This document shows positions 1 to 8,005 of a stretch of DNA of 64,000 bases, piece after piece. The stretch's first letter is position 1; the number at the start of each line of letters is the position of its first letter. The position numbers and the translations under genes are program-made. The stretch spans positions 64,513 through 128,512 of the forward strand of contig JBAZYN010000002.1 in NCBI GenBank assembly GCA_041659325.1, given 5' to 3'. The DNA is from Candidatus Shapirobacteria bacterium. Lineage in GTDB: Bacteria; Patescibacteriota; Microgenomatia; UBA12405. Under the pieces are notes generated by a model. The model saw nothing but the letters and a program-made list of their open reading frames with translations, was not told the DNA's origin and did not search any database.

Positions 1-2
1 CT

Positions 3-344
3 ATTTTGTTTCTTTATTATGTTCTTTCTACTGTCCCCCCGCAAAATGTAAATTACAAGATTACCAACCGGGGTTTGTATTTTGGAGAACTGAACTATAC
101 ATGGGATGTTTTGGAAAGGTTTTGGTTTAAAAACAGCCTGGATAGCGAGATGATGTTTATTGAAACAAAACTTCGGTTTCCAAGGCAAATATCGTTTGTG
201 ATTAACCCTGCCGACAAAGAAAAGCTCTTGGACATTATGAAAAGAAAAATTCCTTTAACGGAGAATCCCCCCTCGGCGATGGATAAAACTGTAAAGTGGT
301 TTGGCAACCATCTACCGCTTGAGAAAAGGCAAAAAACACAATAG
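3..344 (+). CDS. hypothetical protein, 5'-truncated by window edge
   Basis: Open frame from window start; TM-like start followed by a small soluble domain. Confidence 0.7.
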   Translation: MLFLYYVLSTVPPQNVNYKITNRGLYFGELNYTWDVLERFWFKNSLDSEMMFIETKLRFPRQISFVINPADKEKLLDIMKRKIPLTENPPSAMDKTVKWFGNHLPLEKRQKTQ

Positions 345-382
345 GGCAGGTTTATCTTTTTTTGGTATAATTCAGGCAATTT

Positions 383-459
383 GCGCCCGTAGCTTAATTG
401 GATAGAGCATTGGTTTGCGGAACCAACGGTTGGAGGTTCGAGCCCTCTCGGGCGCACCA
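383..459 (+). tRNA. tRNA-Arg(GCG)
   Basis: GCGCCCG acceptor stem pairs with CGGGCGC-A-CCA; anticodon arm TTGGT-TT GCG GA-ACCAA; GGTTCGA T-loop; TGGTATAAT promoter upstream. Confidence 0.95.
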
Positions 460-461
460 GA

Positions 462-546
462 GGAGGGTGGGCAGGACGGTAATGCGCTGGTTTCGAAAAC
501 CAGTTCCGGCAACGGATAACAGGTTCGACCCCTGTACCCTCCGCCA
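462..546 (+). tRNA. tRNA-Ser(CGA)
   Basis: GGAGGGT...ACCCTCC-G-CCA; anticodon arm CTGGT-TT CGA AA-ACCAG; long variable arm. Confidence 0.95.
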
Positions 547-690
547 CGTAAAATTTGCTTTGCAAATTAACGTGGCTTGAAACGTCAATTTTGTGAAACA
601 AAATTATACGTTTTGCCTATAATTCAAACGTTGCTTGAAACGTGAACGTAATATTCTACGAAGTAGAATAAACGTTCTTACGTTTCGCCA
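547..690. repeat. palindromic tRNA-Ser trailer element, copy 1
   Basis: Three ACGT-bounded hairpins; first 30 nt match 11327-11356 at 29/30 positions; ends in CGCCA. Confidence 0.8.
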
Positions 691-763
691 ATTTCGCGAA
701 GGCGAAAAGTCTTTGAGATGTTGTTGTTGATTAAATTCCACCGGAATAAGTTAGAATTAGACT

Positions 764-1126
764 ATGAAAAGAACAAAAAGGTTTTTTAAATGTTTTGAAT
801 ATGCCCGGGACGGAATTGTTGAGGGTTTTCGGGAAAGGAACATGAAAATTCACGGATTAACTGCATTAAGCGTGATATTTTTTGGGATATTGTTTGATTT
901 GGTGGTATGGGAGTGGATAGTAATATTTTTGCTTTTTGGGATGGTAATGGGGGCCGAGCTTATCAACACCAGTATTGAGGATCTAGCAAATGTGATTAGA
1001 GACAAAGAGGGATTGGATTATCGGGCGACAAAGACAACCCGGGATTTGGCGGCGGGGGCAGTACTGGTTACGGCGATAATGTCGGCGATAATCGGGACAT
1101 TGATTTTTGGGTCGAAGTTATTCTGA
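764..1126 (+). CDS. dgkA: diacylglycerol/undecaprenol kinase (DgkA family)
   Basis: ERNMKIH, ELINTSIEDL and RDLAAGAVL motifs; 3 TM segments. Confidence 0.9.
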   Translation: MKRTKRFFKCFEYARDGIVEGFRERNMKIHGLTALSVIFFGILFDLVVWEWIVIFLLFGMVMGAELINTSIEDLANVIRDKEGLDYRATKTTRDLAAGAVLVTAIMSAIIGTLIFGSKLF

Positions 1127-1644
1127 TGATTATGAAAGTGCTGCTTCATACCTGCTGTGCGGATTGTGCCTTGAAAATCATTGCCACCGTCGGTAATAAC
1201 GTAACCCTGTTTTACTACAACCCAAACATCCATCCGAGAGCAGAATATCAATCAAGATTGGCGGCGGTCAAAAAAATTGCTCTGGAAAATAAAATTAAAC
1301 TAATTGTCCCCGACTGGAAACCAGATGAGTATTTTGAAAGAGTAAAAAATGATGGGGATAGGTGTAAAAATTGCTGGTATTTGAGAATTATAAAAACGGC
1401 GGAATACGCCAAAGAAAATGGCTTTGAACAATTTTCTACAACACTTTTATCTAGTAAATATCAAAACAGAATAACAATCGAGAAAATGGCCAAAGAAATC
1501 GGAGGAGAAGGGGGGGTGGAGTTTTTGAAGATAGAAAATATTAACAGGGAAATGAAAACGTCGGGTTTTTATAAACAATTTTTTTGCGGGTGCTGTTATT
1601 CGCTAACCGAAAGGTTTGAGGAAAAATATGGAAAGACTAAATGA
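1126..1644 (+). CDS. queH: epoxyqueuosine reductase QueH (DUF208)
   Basis: LLHTCCADC, YNPNIHP..EY..R, RCxxCWYLR, FSTTLLSS and QFFCGCCYS motifs. Confidence 0.9.
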   Translation: MIMKVLLHTCCADCALKIIATVGNNVTLFYYNPNIHPRAEYQSRLAAVKKIALENKIKLIVPDWKPDEYFERVKNDGDRCKNCWYLRIIKTAEYAKENGFEQFSTTLLSSKYQNRITIEKMAKEIGGEGGVEFLKIENINREMKTSGFYKQFFCGCCYSLTERFEEKYGKTK

Positions 1645-2311
1645 GTTTATTAAAAAATACAGGATAGAAATTTCCCCGCTATCGATGAGACTGTGCCGGG
1701 AGGGTATAGAGAGGATGAAAAAGAGCATTGACCCGGCACACGACGAAAAACACGTTGAAAATATTTTGGAAAACATTGATGGGTTTTTGGAATCGAAAGA
1801 GGTAAAAGTGGAAAGAATTAATTTTGAAATACTATTGGTGGCGATTTGCTGGCATGATGTGTGGAAATCAACCAGGATGCCGGACAGCATTGTATCTGTT
1901 TTGGTAAACCAAATATGGGACGGGTGGGGGTCGGCAAAAGTTTACAAAAGAGAGGTAAAACTGGGGAAAGAGGAGAACAAAAGGTTGAGAAAAGTATTTT
2001 GGATAATCGGAAACCACCCCAGGGACATGACGGTACACATGCCCTTTAGAACTTATTTGGAGACAAAAATTTTAAAAGATGCGGATAGACTCGAGAGGTG
2101 GAATCTAAAAAGGCATGTGGATTTTTTTGAAAAATTGGCCTTGGTTCGCGATGTGGAAAGCCAAAAGTGGGTGAGGTGGCTTATTAAATTTTTTAAAAAG
2201 AAGTATACTCTGTGGTCGGACTCTGATAAAAAATATTATTTTCGGTGGGCCAAAGATGAGTTTCGGAAAAGACGAGAAATGTATATTGTTGAATTAGAAC
2301 GGCAGGGATAA
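1628..2311 (+). CDS. HD-domain phosphohydrolase
   Basis: AHDEKH...WHDVWK...NH...LKDADRLE spacing. Confidence 0.75.
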   Translation: MERLNEFIKKYRIEISPLSMRLCREGIERMKKSIDPAHDEKHVENILENIDGFLESKEVKVERINFEILLVAICWHDVWKSTRMPDSIVSVLVNQIWDGWGSAKVYKREVKLGKEENKRLRKVFWIIGNHPRDMTVHMPFRTYLETKILKDADRLERWNLKRHVDFFEKLALVRDVESQKWVRWLIKFFKKKYTLWSDSDKKYYFRWAKDEFRKRREMYIVELERQG

Positions 2312-2374
2312 AGAGCGGAATGTAATAACCCATAAAGTGTGGTTGACTTAAACAAAGTGTGCTAGAATCGGCAT

Positions 2375-2845
2375 ATGAATTTAGGGGAGAGATTAAGAAA
2401 GTTAAAAGAAGCAATCGGGGGGATTACCGTTCAGCCTGGTAGCATTAGAATCGATTGTGGCGGCGGATCAACAAGATCTATTGGGGCAAGTGGGTATGCT
2501 GCGGTTTCGAGAACGGTCGAACCCGGAGTGATAGGAGTGTCCGGAGCAACATGGGATACCAAAGCCGGAACGGCAGATCAGGTAGAACCCCCAATTACTA
2601 GAATCGCTGGACTTGATGAGACTTTTAATTTAATTGGGGGTGATATGGTATTAAACCAACCGGATTTAGATGGCAAAGGTAGAGTAAGGGGGACAAGCCC
2701 AATTATGACCTTTAGCGTGTTTGTTCCTACTGAGGCGATTAAAGTACAGGGAGGAGTAGTAACGCTGAGACAGGCAGCCGGCGGTGGCAAACAAACAAAA
2801 GGAGAAGAGAGAAAGAAAGGCCCCGGGATAGTGACGATCGAGTAA
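2375..2845 (+). CDS. hypothetical Gly-rich protein
   Basis: 156 aa ORF with TAGAAT -10 box 6 nt before the ATG. Confidence 0.7.
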   Translation: MNLGERLRKLKEAIGGITVQPGSIRIDCGGGSTRSIGASGYAAVSRTVEPGVIGVSGATWDTKAGTADQVEPPITRIAGLDETFNLIGGDMVLNQPDLDGKGRVRGTSPIMTFSVFVPTEAIKVQGGVVTLRQAAGGGKQTKGEERKKGPGIVTIE

Positions 2846-2915
2846 TGTGAACGTAACGGAATACGATGTTTTTTGATCTGGAGAAGAGATATACCGAAGA
2901 TTGTTCAGCCACCGG

Positions 2916-3629
2916 CTAATCCATAACGATTCGGGCGATGGCAGTTTCATTCGTGAGTACGGCGAATTGTTCACCGACTTCCTCGGCAGAGGCGGATAAG
3001 AAGCCGGCACGAGCACCGACTTCGAGAGCGAATCTTGTATCCCTAAAAAAATCAGCGTGAGCCTGGAGAAGGCCTGAACCGTTGCTGGAAGTGAGAAGAT
3101 TGACGCGAGCACCGAGACCCTGTGTCGTGAGCTCTAGCTGTACTCCCACAGAAAGATTACCTACGATAACCCGGGGATTTACAATGCCGTATTGACCTCG
3201 CGGAGTATCGGGGCTGGTCATTAGAACGCCGTTGGCCATAAATCTTTTTTGTACATTTTCGGCACCTGTCGCAGCTAATAAAAGTCCCATCTCTCCACGA
3301 GCTTTGAAGCCGGTGCCTTTTAGGGCATCAGCCGAAACTTCCAACAAGGTAAATGTATTGGTCTTTGTCGGATCATTTGGATCTGTAATGACAAAAGTAA
3401 ATAATTTGCCTCCAATGTCAATACCACCGGTGGTGAACTCAGCACCAAGTTTTGCCTGAACGGCCAGTTCATGGTGGTAAGGACGGACAACGGCTGGGGG
3501 AGCTTTTATTGGCGGGGGTAGGACTAATGCGGGGGCCCCGGGTGATGGGCCTCCTGACGGGGCGGCCGGTGGTTGGGCAGATTGATTTCCATTTGCCCAA
3601 TCTTTTATTCTTTCAGCGATGCTTGGCAC
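2916..3629 (-). CDS. hypothetical protein with Pro-rich N-terminal linker and beta-rich body
   Basis: 237 aa ORF with GTG start, divergent from the 3771 operon. Confidence 0.7.
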   Translation of the reverse strand: MPSIAERIKDWANGNQSAQPPAAPSGGPSPGAPALVLPPPIKAPPAVVRPYHHELAVQAKLGAEFTTGGIDIGGKLFTFVITDPNDPTKTNTFTLLEVSADALKGTGFKARGEMGLLLAATGAENVQKRFMANGVLMTSPDTPRGQYGIVNPRVIVGNLSVGVQLELTTQGLGARVNLLTSSNGSGLLQAHADFFRDTRFALEVGARAGFLSASAEEVGEQFAVLTNETAIARIVMD

Positions 3630-3770
3630 GTATTGTATTGACTGTACTTTTTAAGTGTGATACTATTTCGTACCTATTTGATACGTAGTTATGTTGATTT
3701 TAATATAAAAATTATATTTGTCAACGGCATACGTATATACAAATAATAAACGTATATATAATAGTATAAA

Positions 3771-4256
3771 ATGATCAAGGACCGTTTAACAAATGTTTAT
3801 TATAGGGAAAGGTCGCTAGGGATAAGCTTGGGCCTGGAGGCAAGAACAACAGTTTTGGGTCAAGAAATTGGTGGTAGAATTGGTCCGATACAACTGGCAA
3901 GGGAGAGTGTAAGTGCAGGGGCCGAGAAACCAGGCGGGAGTTTAGTTTTTAAAAGAGTTACAAAATTTCCGGAAGTTTTCCCCATATTGGATTTAACTAC
4001 TAATGATAGTGGGGTGAATGTTACATACCGACAGCCGAACCGGGTTTCCGTTTTGTCACTGGTTCCGGGAATACAAGGCGGAGACCCACTTAAATTTCAT
4101 ATCGCTCAAGGTGTGGGGGCCGGAGCAGTTGAAGGGGCAGTCGCGGGAAACAGAGTGTCGTTGAGTACAGTGTTTGATCAAACTAGCGGTGGAACACTAA
4201 GAATTGATATACCCAAGGGGGTAGAACCTGATTTTAATATTTTAGTTAGAGTTTAG
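3771..4256 (+). CDS. hypothetical beta-rich protein
   Basis: First ORF of a tightly spaced six-gene run. Confidence 0.7.
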   Translation: MIKDRLTNVYYRERSLGISLGLEARTTVLGQEIGGRIGPIQLARESVSAGAEKPGGSLVFKRVTKFPEVFPILDLTTNDSGVNVTYRQPNRVSVLSLVPGIQGGDPLKFHIAQGVGAGAVEGAVAGNRVSLSTVFDQTSGGTLRIDIPKGVEPDFNILVRV

Positions 4257-4264
4257 ATAACCAT

Positions 4265-4780
4265 ATGCCAGGCTCAGCTGAACAATATCTACTAAGAGCG
4301 GGGGTGATCGGTAATAGAAATAGTGGGGGCGGGCAACCGGCAGAAACAAACGGCGGGCAACAACAACCGGCTAACGGTGATGTAACCATTAGTGTGAGCC
4401 GAGGGGTTGGGAACATAGCTGATCTTACAGGGGCAGCCAATATATTGAAGATTTTAAGAGATCTAGAAGGAGATCCCGACCATCCGGAAATTACTTCTGG
4501 GGTGGTTGCAGATGCGGCCCAAAGAGTAGCATTGGAGCTTGCACATCCGGAGATAGCAGCACTCACAAAGAGTGTTCTTGGTCCTAAAAACGGTTCGATT
4601 CCTATCCCCCAGAACTTATTGTGTATGCCACAAGTTAAGGAAACGGTAGAAGCCATACAAAATGCCCCAAGACCTCAAACGGCGGCGGTTGCCCCGCAGA
4701 AAAGAGGATCGCTGATTGGATCGGTTCTAGATATATTTAATCCCCTGCCCAGACGGAAAAACGATCCGGGCTGGCATTAA
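4265..4780 (+). CDS. hypothetical protein
   Basis: 171 aa ORF, 8 nt after the previous stop. Confidence 0.7.
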   Translation: MPGSAEQYLLRAGVIGNRNSGGGQPAETNGGQQQPANGDVTISVSRGVGNIADLTGAANILKILRDLEGDPDHPEITSGVVADAAQRVALELAHPEIAALTKSVLGPKNGSIPIPQNLLCMPQVKETVEAIQNAPRPQTAAVAPQKRGSLIGSVLDIFNPLPRRKNDPGWH

Positions 4781-4795
4781 CAATTTATAAAATAA

Positions 4796-5902
4796 ATGTC
4801 GTCAATTGAACAATTATTTAACAGTCCGGTTGTAATTGCAGGCGGAGTGGCCGCCAGTGCAGCAGTAGCGGCACAAATTGCCAGAGCGACAACGGATCGA
4901 GTTAATGAAGGCGAGGTTTACCTTAGACGAAATAATATAACCGGAAAATTTAGTGTTGACTTGGATCCGAGAAAAGTAGAGTCGGTTGTAATAGGAATGC
5001 AGGCGGTAGAAGTGATGGACATAATGGGTGACAACGGACAAAGAGCAACGATAGCAGTTGACCGCACTATGAGAGAAGTATTGGATGATCCCATACAGTT
5101 TGCAGCGTTTAGAAAAAGATACGGAGTTCCCGATGCTGATAAAAGAGGTGGTCGGTCGATAAAAACACGAATAGAGGAACATGTTCCGGTTCGCGAAAAT
5201 GTGCCGGTGGCAGCTACCGGCATAAGATTCAGGCTTCCCTGGATAGAATCAGTGGCAGTGGTCACTTTGGGACAAAAGTTTATCAATCCCGCTGAAGATG
5301 GAATGAGGGCATTAGTTGGAGGTAAAAATGGAGATGTAGAGGTTCAACCTGATGTGTTGGTAACATACGATGTTCCGGCGGCGAGATTACCATTGGCAAT
5401 ACAAAAGTTACCAAAACCAGTGCCTAGACAAGGTGACCCACCCGATCCCAGAAATAGTGGTCAGTACGCTCTAGACGAAGTCGGGAAGGCAGTAAGTGGC
5501 TTAACTAAAAGTGCCATAACGGCCGCTTTCGGTAAAATACAGTTTGAACAATTGACATCAGCAAAAGGCGGCGGTGTCGAAACGGTGCAGAAAGAGATTG
5601 TTGCAGCATTTTATGACAATTTTAGGGATAGTGGTTTAGCCGGTATAGCCAATGTGCAGAAAGTACAACTACAGAGCATCAGAACAGGGGAATATGGTTT
5701 GACTTTGACAAGATTGGCAGGTCAAGCTGCTGAAAAGGACCAGCTTGGGCCAGAATTATTTGGTCAAAAAACATTAATGCAAGCGATGACCGGAGGCAAG
5801 GGGTCGTCAGTCATTATTACAGATCCAGGGTTAAGTGGATTTACTGCTGCCCAGATAGCCGCCCGAAATAGTGCCGGTGGTCGAGCAGGGGGGGAGGCAT
5901 AA
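4796..5902 (+). CDS. divergent SPFH/band-7 (stomatin/prohibitin/flotillin-like) membrane protein
   Basis: N-terminal TM, then VNEGEVYL..GKF, GIRFRLPWIESV, VQPDVLVTYDV, KSAITAAFGKIQFEQL and VQKVQLQSI in SPFH order. Confidence 0.7.
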   Translation: MSSIEQLFNSPVVIAGGVAASAAVAAQIARATTDRVNEGEVYLRRNNITGKFSVDLDPRKVESVVIGMQAVEVMDIMGDNGQRATIAVDRTMREVLDDPIQFAAFRKRYGVPDADKRGGRSIKTRIEEHVPVRENVPVAATGIRFRLPWIESVAVVTLGQKFINPAEDGMRALVGGKNGDVEVQPDVLVTYDVPAARLPLAIQKLPKPVPRQGDPPDPRNSGQYALDEVGKAVSGLTKSAITAAFGKIQFEQLTSAKGGGVETVQKEIVAAFYDNFRDSGLAGIANVQKVQLQSIRTGEYGLTLTRLAGQAAEKDQLGPELFGQKTLMQAMTGGKGSSVIITDPGLSGFTAAQIAARNSAGGRAGGEA

Positions 5903-5903
5903 T

Positions 5904-6515
5904 ATGGGAAGAATAATGGATGCACTTGGAAGATTGGGTGAAGCGAAAAAGGCGCAAGTAAAGGTAGAATTTGGGGATATCGATGCTTTACCGGAAAACC
6001 AGCGACGATGGAACGGGTTGGTGCTCCGGACGAGACTAGCCGCTGTCGATGTCCAAACAAAATTTCAACAGGGAGCATATGTAGTGAATCAATTTACGGG
6101 GGTGGCAAGACATCTTGATACCGTAACGTCATCAGTCGGAGCAGGAGTAATGACTGGTGACATTTTAACCCGGCTTGGCGCTGGAGGTATTGGTAGTACT
6201 TTGGGAGGAGGAGCGGGAGCCCTTTGTGCGGGGGCGTTGGTGGTGACTCTGTCAAAAGGGTCTGTCAAAGACGGTGAAGGTGTAGATAGTAGACCCGCTT
6301 TGGCGGGACGGGCAGTGTTGGGGGTGACATTAAGCGGTATAGCGGCAACCCAGGTTCCGATAGTTAGAGAGGCCGTAGTGGTCCCCGGCGATACTTTTCA
6401 AACGCTTGGTAATGCTGCCATCGTTGGCGTGGCGGTATCGACAGCCGCCCTTGTCTCGGAACTTGGACACATGATGACTGATGACTATTTTGATAAGCAA
6501 AAAGCAGAAAAATAA
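5904..6515 (+). CDS. glycine-zipper membrane protein
   Basis: Several GxxxG hydrophobic helices; paralogous to the C-terminus of 6874..7911. Confidence 0.7.
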   Translation: MGRIMDALGRLGEAKKAQVKVEFGDIDALPENQRRWNGLVLRTRLAAVDVQTKFQQGAYVVNQFTGVARHLDTVTSSVGAGVMTGDILTRLGAGGIGSTLGGGAGALCAGALVVTLSKGSVKDGEGVDSRPALAGRAVLGVTLSGIAATQVPIVREAVVVPGDTFQTLGNAAIVGVAVSTAALVSELGHMMTDDYFDKQKAEK

Positions 6516-6552
6516 TAAATTATTATTTATTAACATTTAACAAAATATAATT

Positions 6553-6822
6553 ATGACTAATGTACCATCACGAAGAGAGAGGGAGGGGCTTACAAGTTTA
6601 CCTATAGTAGGGGGAATTGTTGGTGCACTCGTACGTATCGCGGACATGGTCACCACAAGAGGGATGGAGGGAGATATCAGTTATTCAACCGGGACTAGCT
6701 CGGGAATAGTACGGGCAGAGGGTGGAAGTGTAGATGTAAGTGGAATTACCGTGCGAGACGGTAGCGTTACGGGGCATGTTGTGGAAGAGCATGCACATGT
6801 GGAGATACATATAAGAAAATAA
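6553..6822 (+). CDS. small hypothetical membrane-associated protein
   Basis: 89 aa; LPIVGGIVGALV helix followed by a beta-rich tail. Confidence 0.65.
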   Translation: MTNVPSRREREGLTSLPIVGGIVGALVRIADMVTTRGMEGDISYSTGTSSGIVRAEGGSVDVSGITVRDGSVTGHVVEEHAHVEIHIRK

Positions 6823-6873
6823 TCTGTTTATTAGAAAATAAGAAAATGACTGCTGAATCGGGGGGAGGCAACG

Positions 6874-7911
6874 ATGGCTACTAAATCAGAGACTGCGGCT
6901 GAGAGATATAGACAAAGACAACAAGCGGAGGCGGCACAAAAAAGTATGCCAACCGAGACTGTCGGCAGGGCGATGCAGATTGCTGAAGAGAATCCCGGGG
7001 CAGACGTATATGTCCGAAGAGATGAAGATGAGATGAGGGCGCAATTAAGGGCAGGAAGAAGGGGTGGCCGCATTAATACGGGACTATTTTCGGCACAGAG
7101 AGTAGGTCACACGGTACATACAGTTGAGGAACAAATTTCGATGGAAAGAGGTGGTAGACAAACGGAGGTATATGGACGCGGGGAAAGGGTAGAAATATCC
7201 GAAGGTACGGTAGGAAGAGGGACGAGAATTGGTGGAGTCGATAATAATACAGGTCTGGAGACGGGGCAGTGGCATAGCCGAGGGAGAGAGCGGGTAGCGA
7301 CTACATCGATAGTACGCACAGAGAATTCCGGGGGTAGCGTGGATAGACAGGGAGGGTTGACAGTCCAGACAGAGAGGCAGAATTTAGTTACACTCGGCCT
7401 AAGATTATTTTTTCCAAAGGCGTGTTTGCAATCAAGAACTTCTGTATCTAGTAGCGGAATTTATGAACCGACGGAACCGATAACTATAGATGCAAGAAAA
7501 GCATTGGTCCCCGAAGCGATAGGGACCTTTATAGGAAATATGGATGTAATTGCCGGATCAATCGGGGCGGGGGTGATCGGAAATGCTATTGGTGGGGTTA
7601 TTCCAAATTGCAGCGACTCCGTACAACTTGCCGGGGCGGTGACCGCAGCAGTGATTGGAGGTGGGGCGTTGGCAGCAATGGGCCATAGCTCCAATCTGAT
7701 AGATAACGGAGGGATGCGGCTGGCTTTGGGCGTAGGCTTGTCGGCGATAGGCTCGACGGTAATTCCGGGAATTGACAATATGGTCCGCGGCGGGAATTTT
7801 CTTGAATCAGCCGGAAATGCGGCGCTGGCCGGGATAGTGATTGGAGTGACGACAATGACTGTAAGAACTATTGAGGGAAAGGTAAAGCAGTTCCTCCCTG
7901 CTGAAAAATAA
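6874..7911 (+). CDS. hypothetical protein with charged N-terminus and C-terminal glycine-zipper membrane domain
   Basis: 345 aa; C-terminal ~130 aa align by eye with 5904..6515. Confidence 0.7.
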   Translation: MATKSETAAERYRQRQQAEAAQKSMPTETVGRAMQIAEENPGADVYVRRDEDEMRAQLRAGRRGGRINTGLFSAQRVGHTVHTVEEQISMERGGRQTEVYGRGERVEISEGTVGRGTRIGGVDNNTGLETGQWHSRGRERVATTSIVRTENSGGSVDRQGGLTVQTERQNLVTLGLRLFFPKACLQSRTSVSSSGIYEPTEPITIDARKALVPEAIGTFIGNMDVIAGSIGAGVIGNAIGGVIPNCSDSVQLAGAVTAAVIGGGALAAMGHSSNLIDNGGMRLALGVGLSAIGSTVIPGIDNMVRGGNFLESAGNAALAGIVIGVTTMTVRTIEGKVKQFLPAEK

Positions 7912-7959
7912 AAAAAAGGTGTTTTGTGTTTTCGGATATTAGGAAGCCTAAACAAAATA

Positions 7960-7999
7960 TTAGCAATCACTTGACAAGACTGCTAATTGTTTTTAAAAT
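7960..7999 (+). promoter_or_regulatory. CIRCE (HrcA operator) overlapping the sigma70 promoter of clpB
   Basis: TTAGCAATC-N9-GACTGCTAA (7960-7986), one mismatch per arm from the CIRCE consensus; TTGACA 7971, 17 nt spacer, TAAAAT 7994. Confidence 0.85.
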
Positions 8000-8005
8000 A
8001 GGGTT

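Noticed and set aside
95-601. ORFs overlapping tRNAs (95..601, 394..588, 398..580, 10488..10757, 11112..11345)
   Set aside because: They are shadows of tRNA genes and adjacent CDSs.
547-690. CRISPR array in the tRNA trailers or the boundary repeats
   Set aside because: No constant repeat-spacer period and no cas genes.
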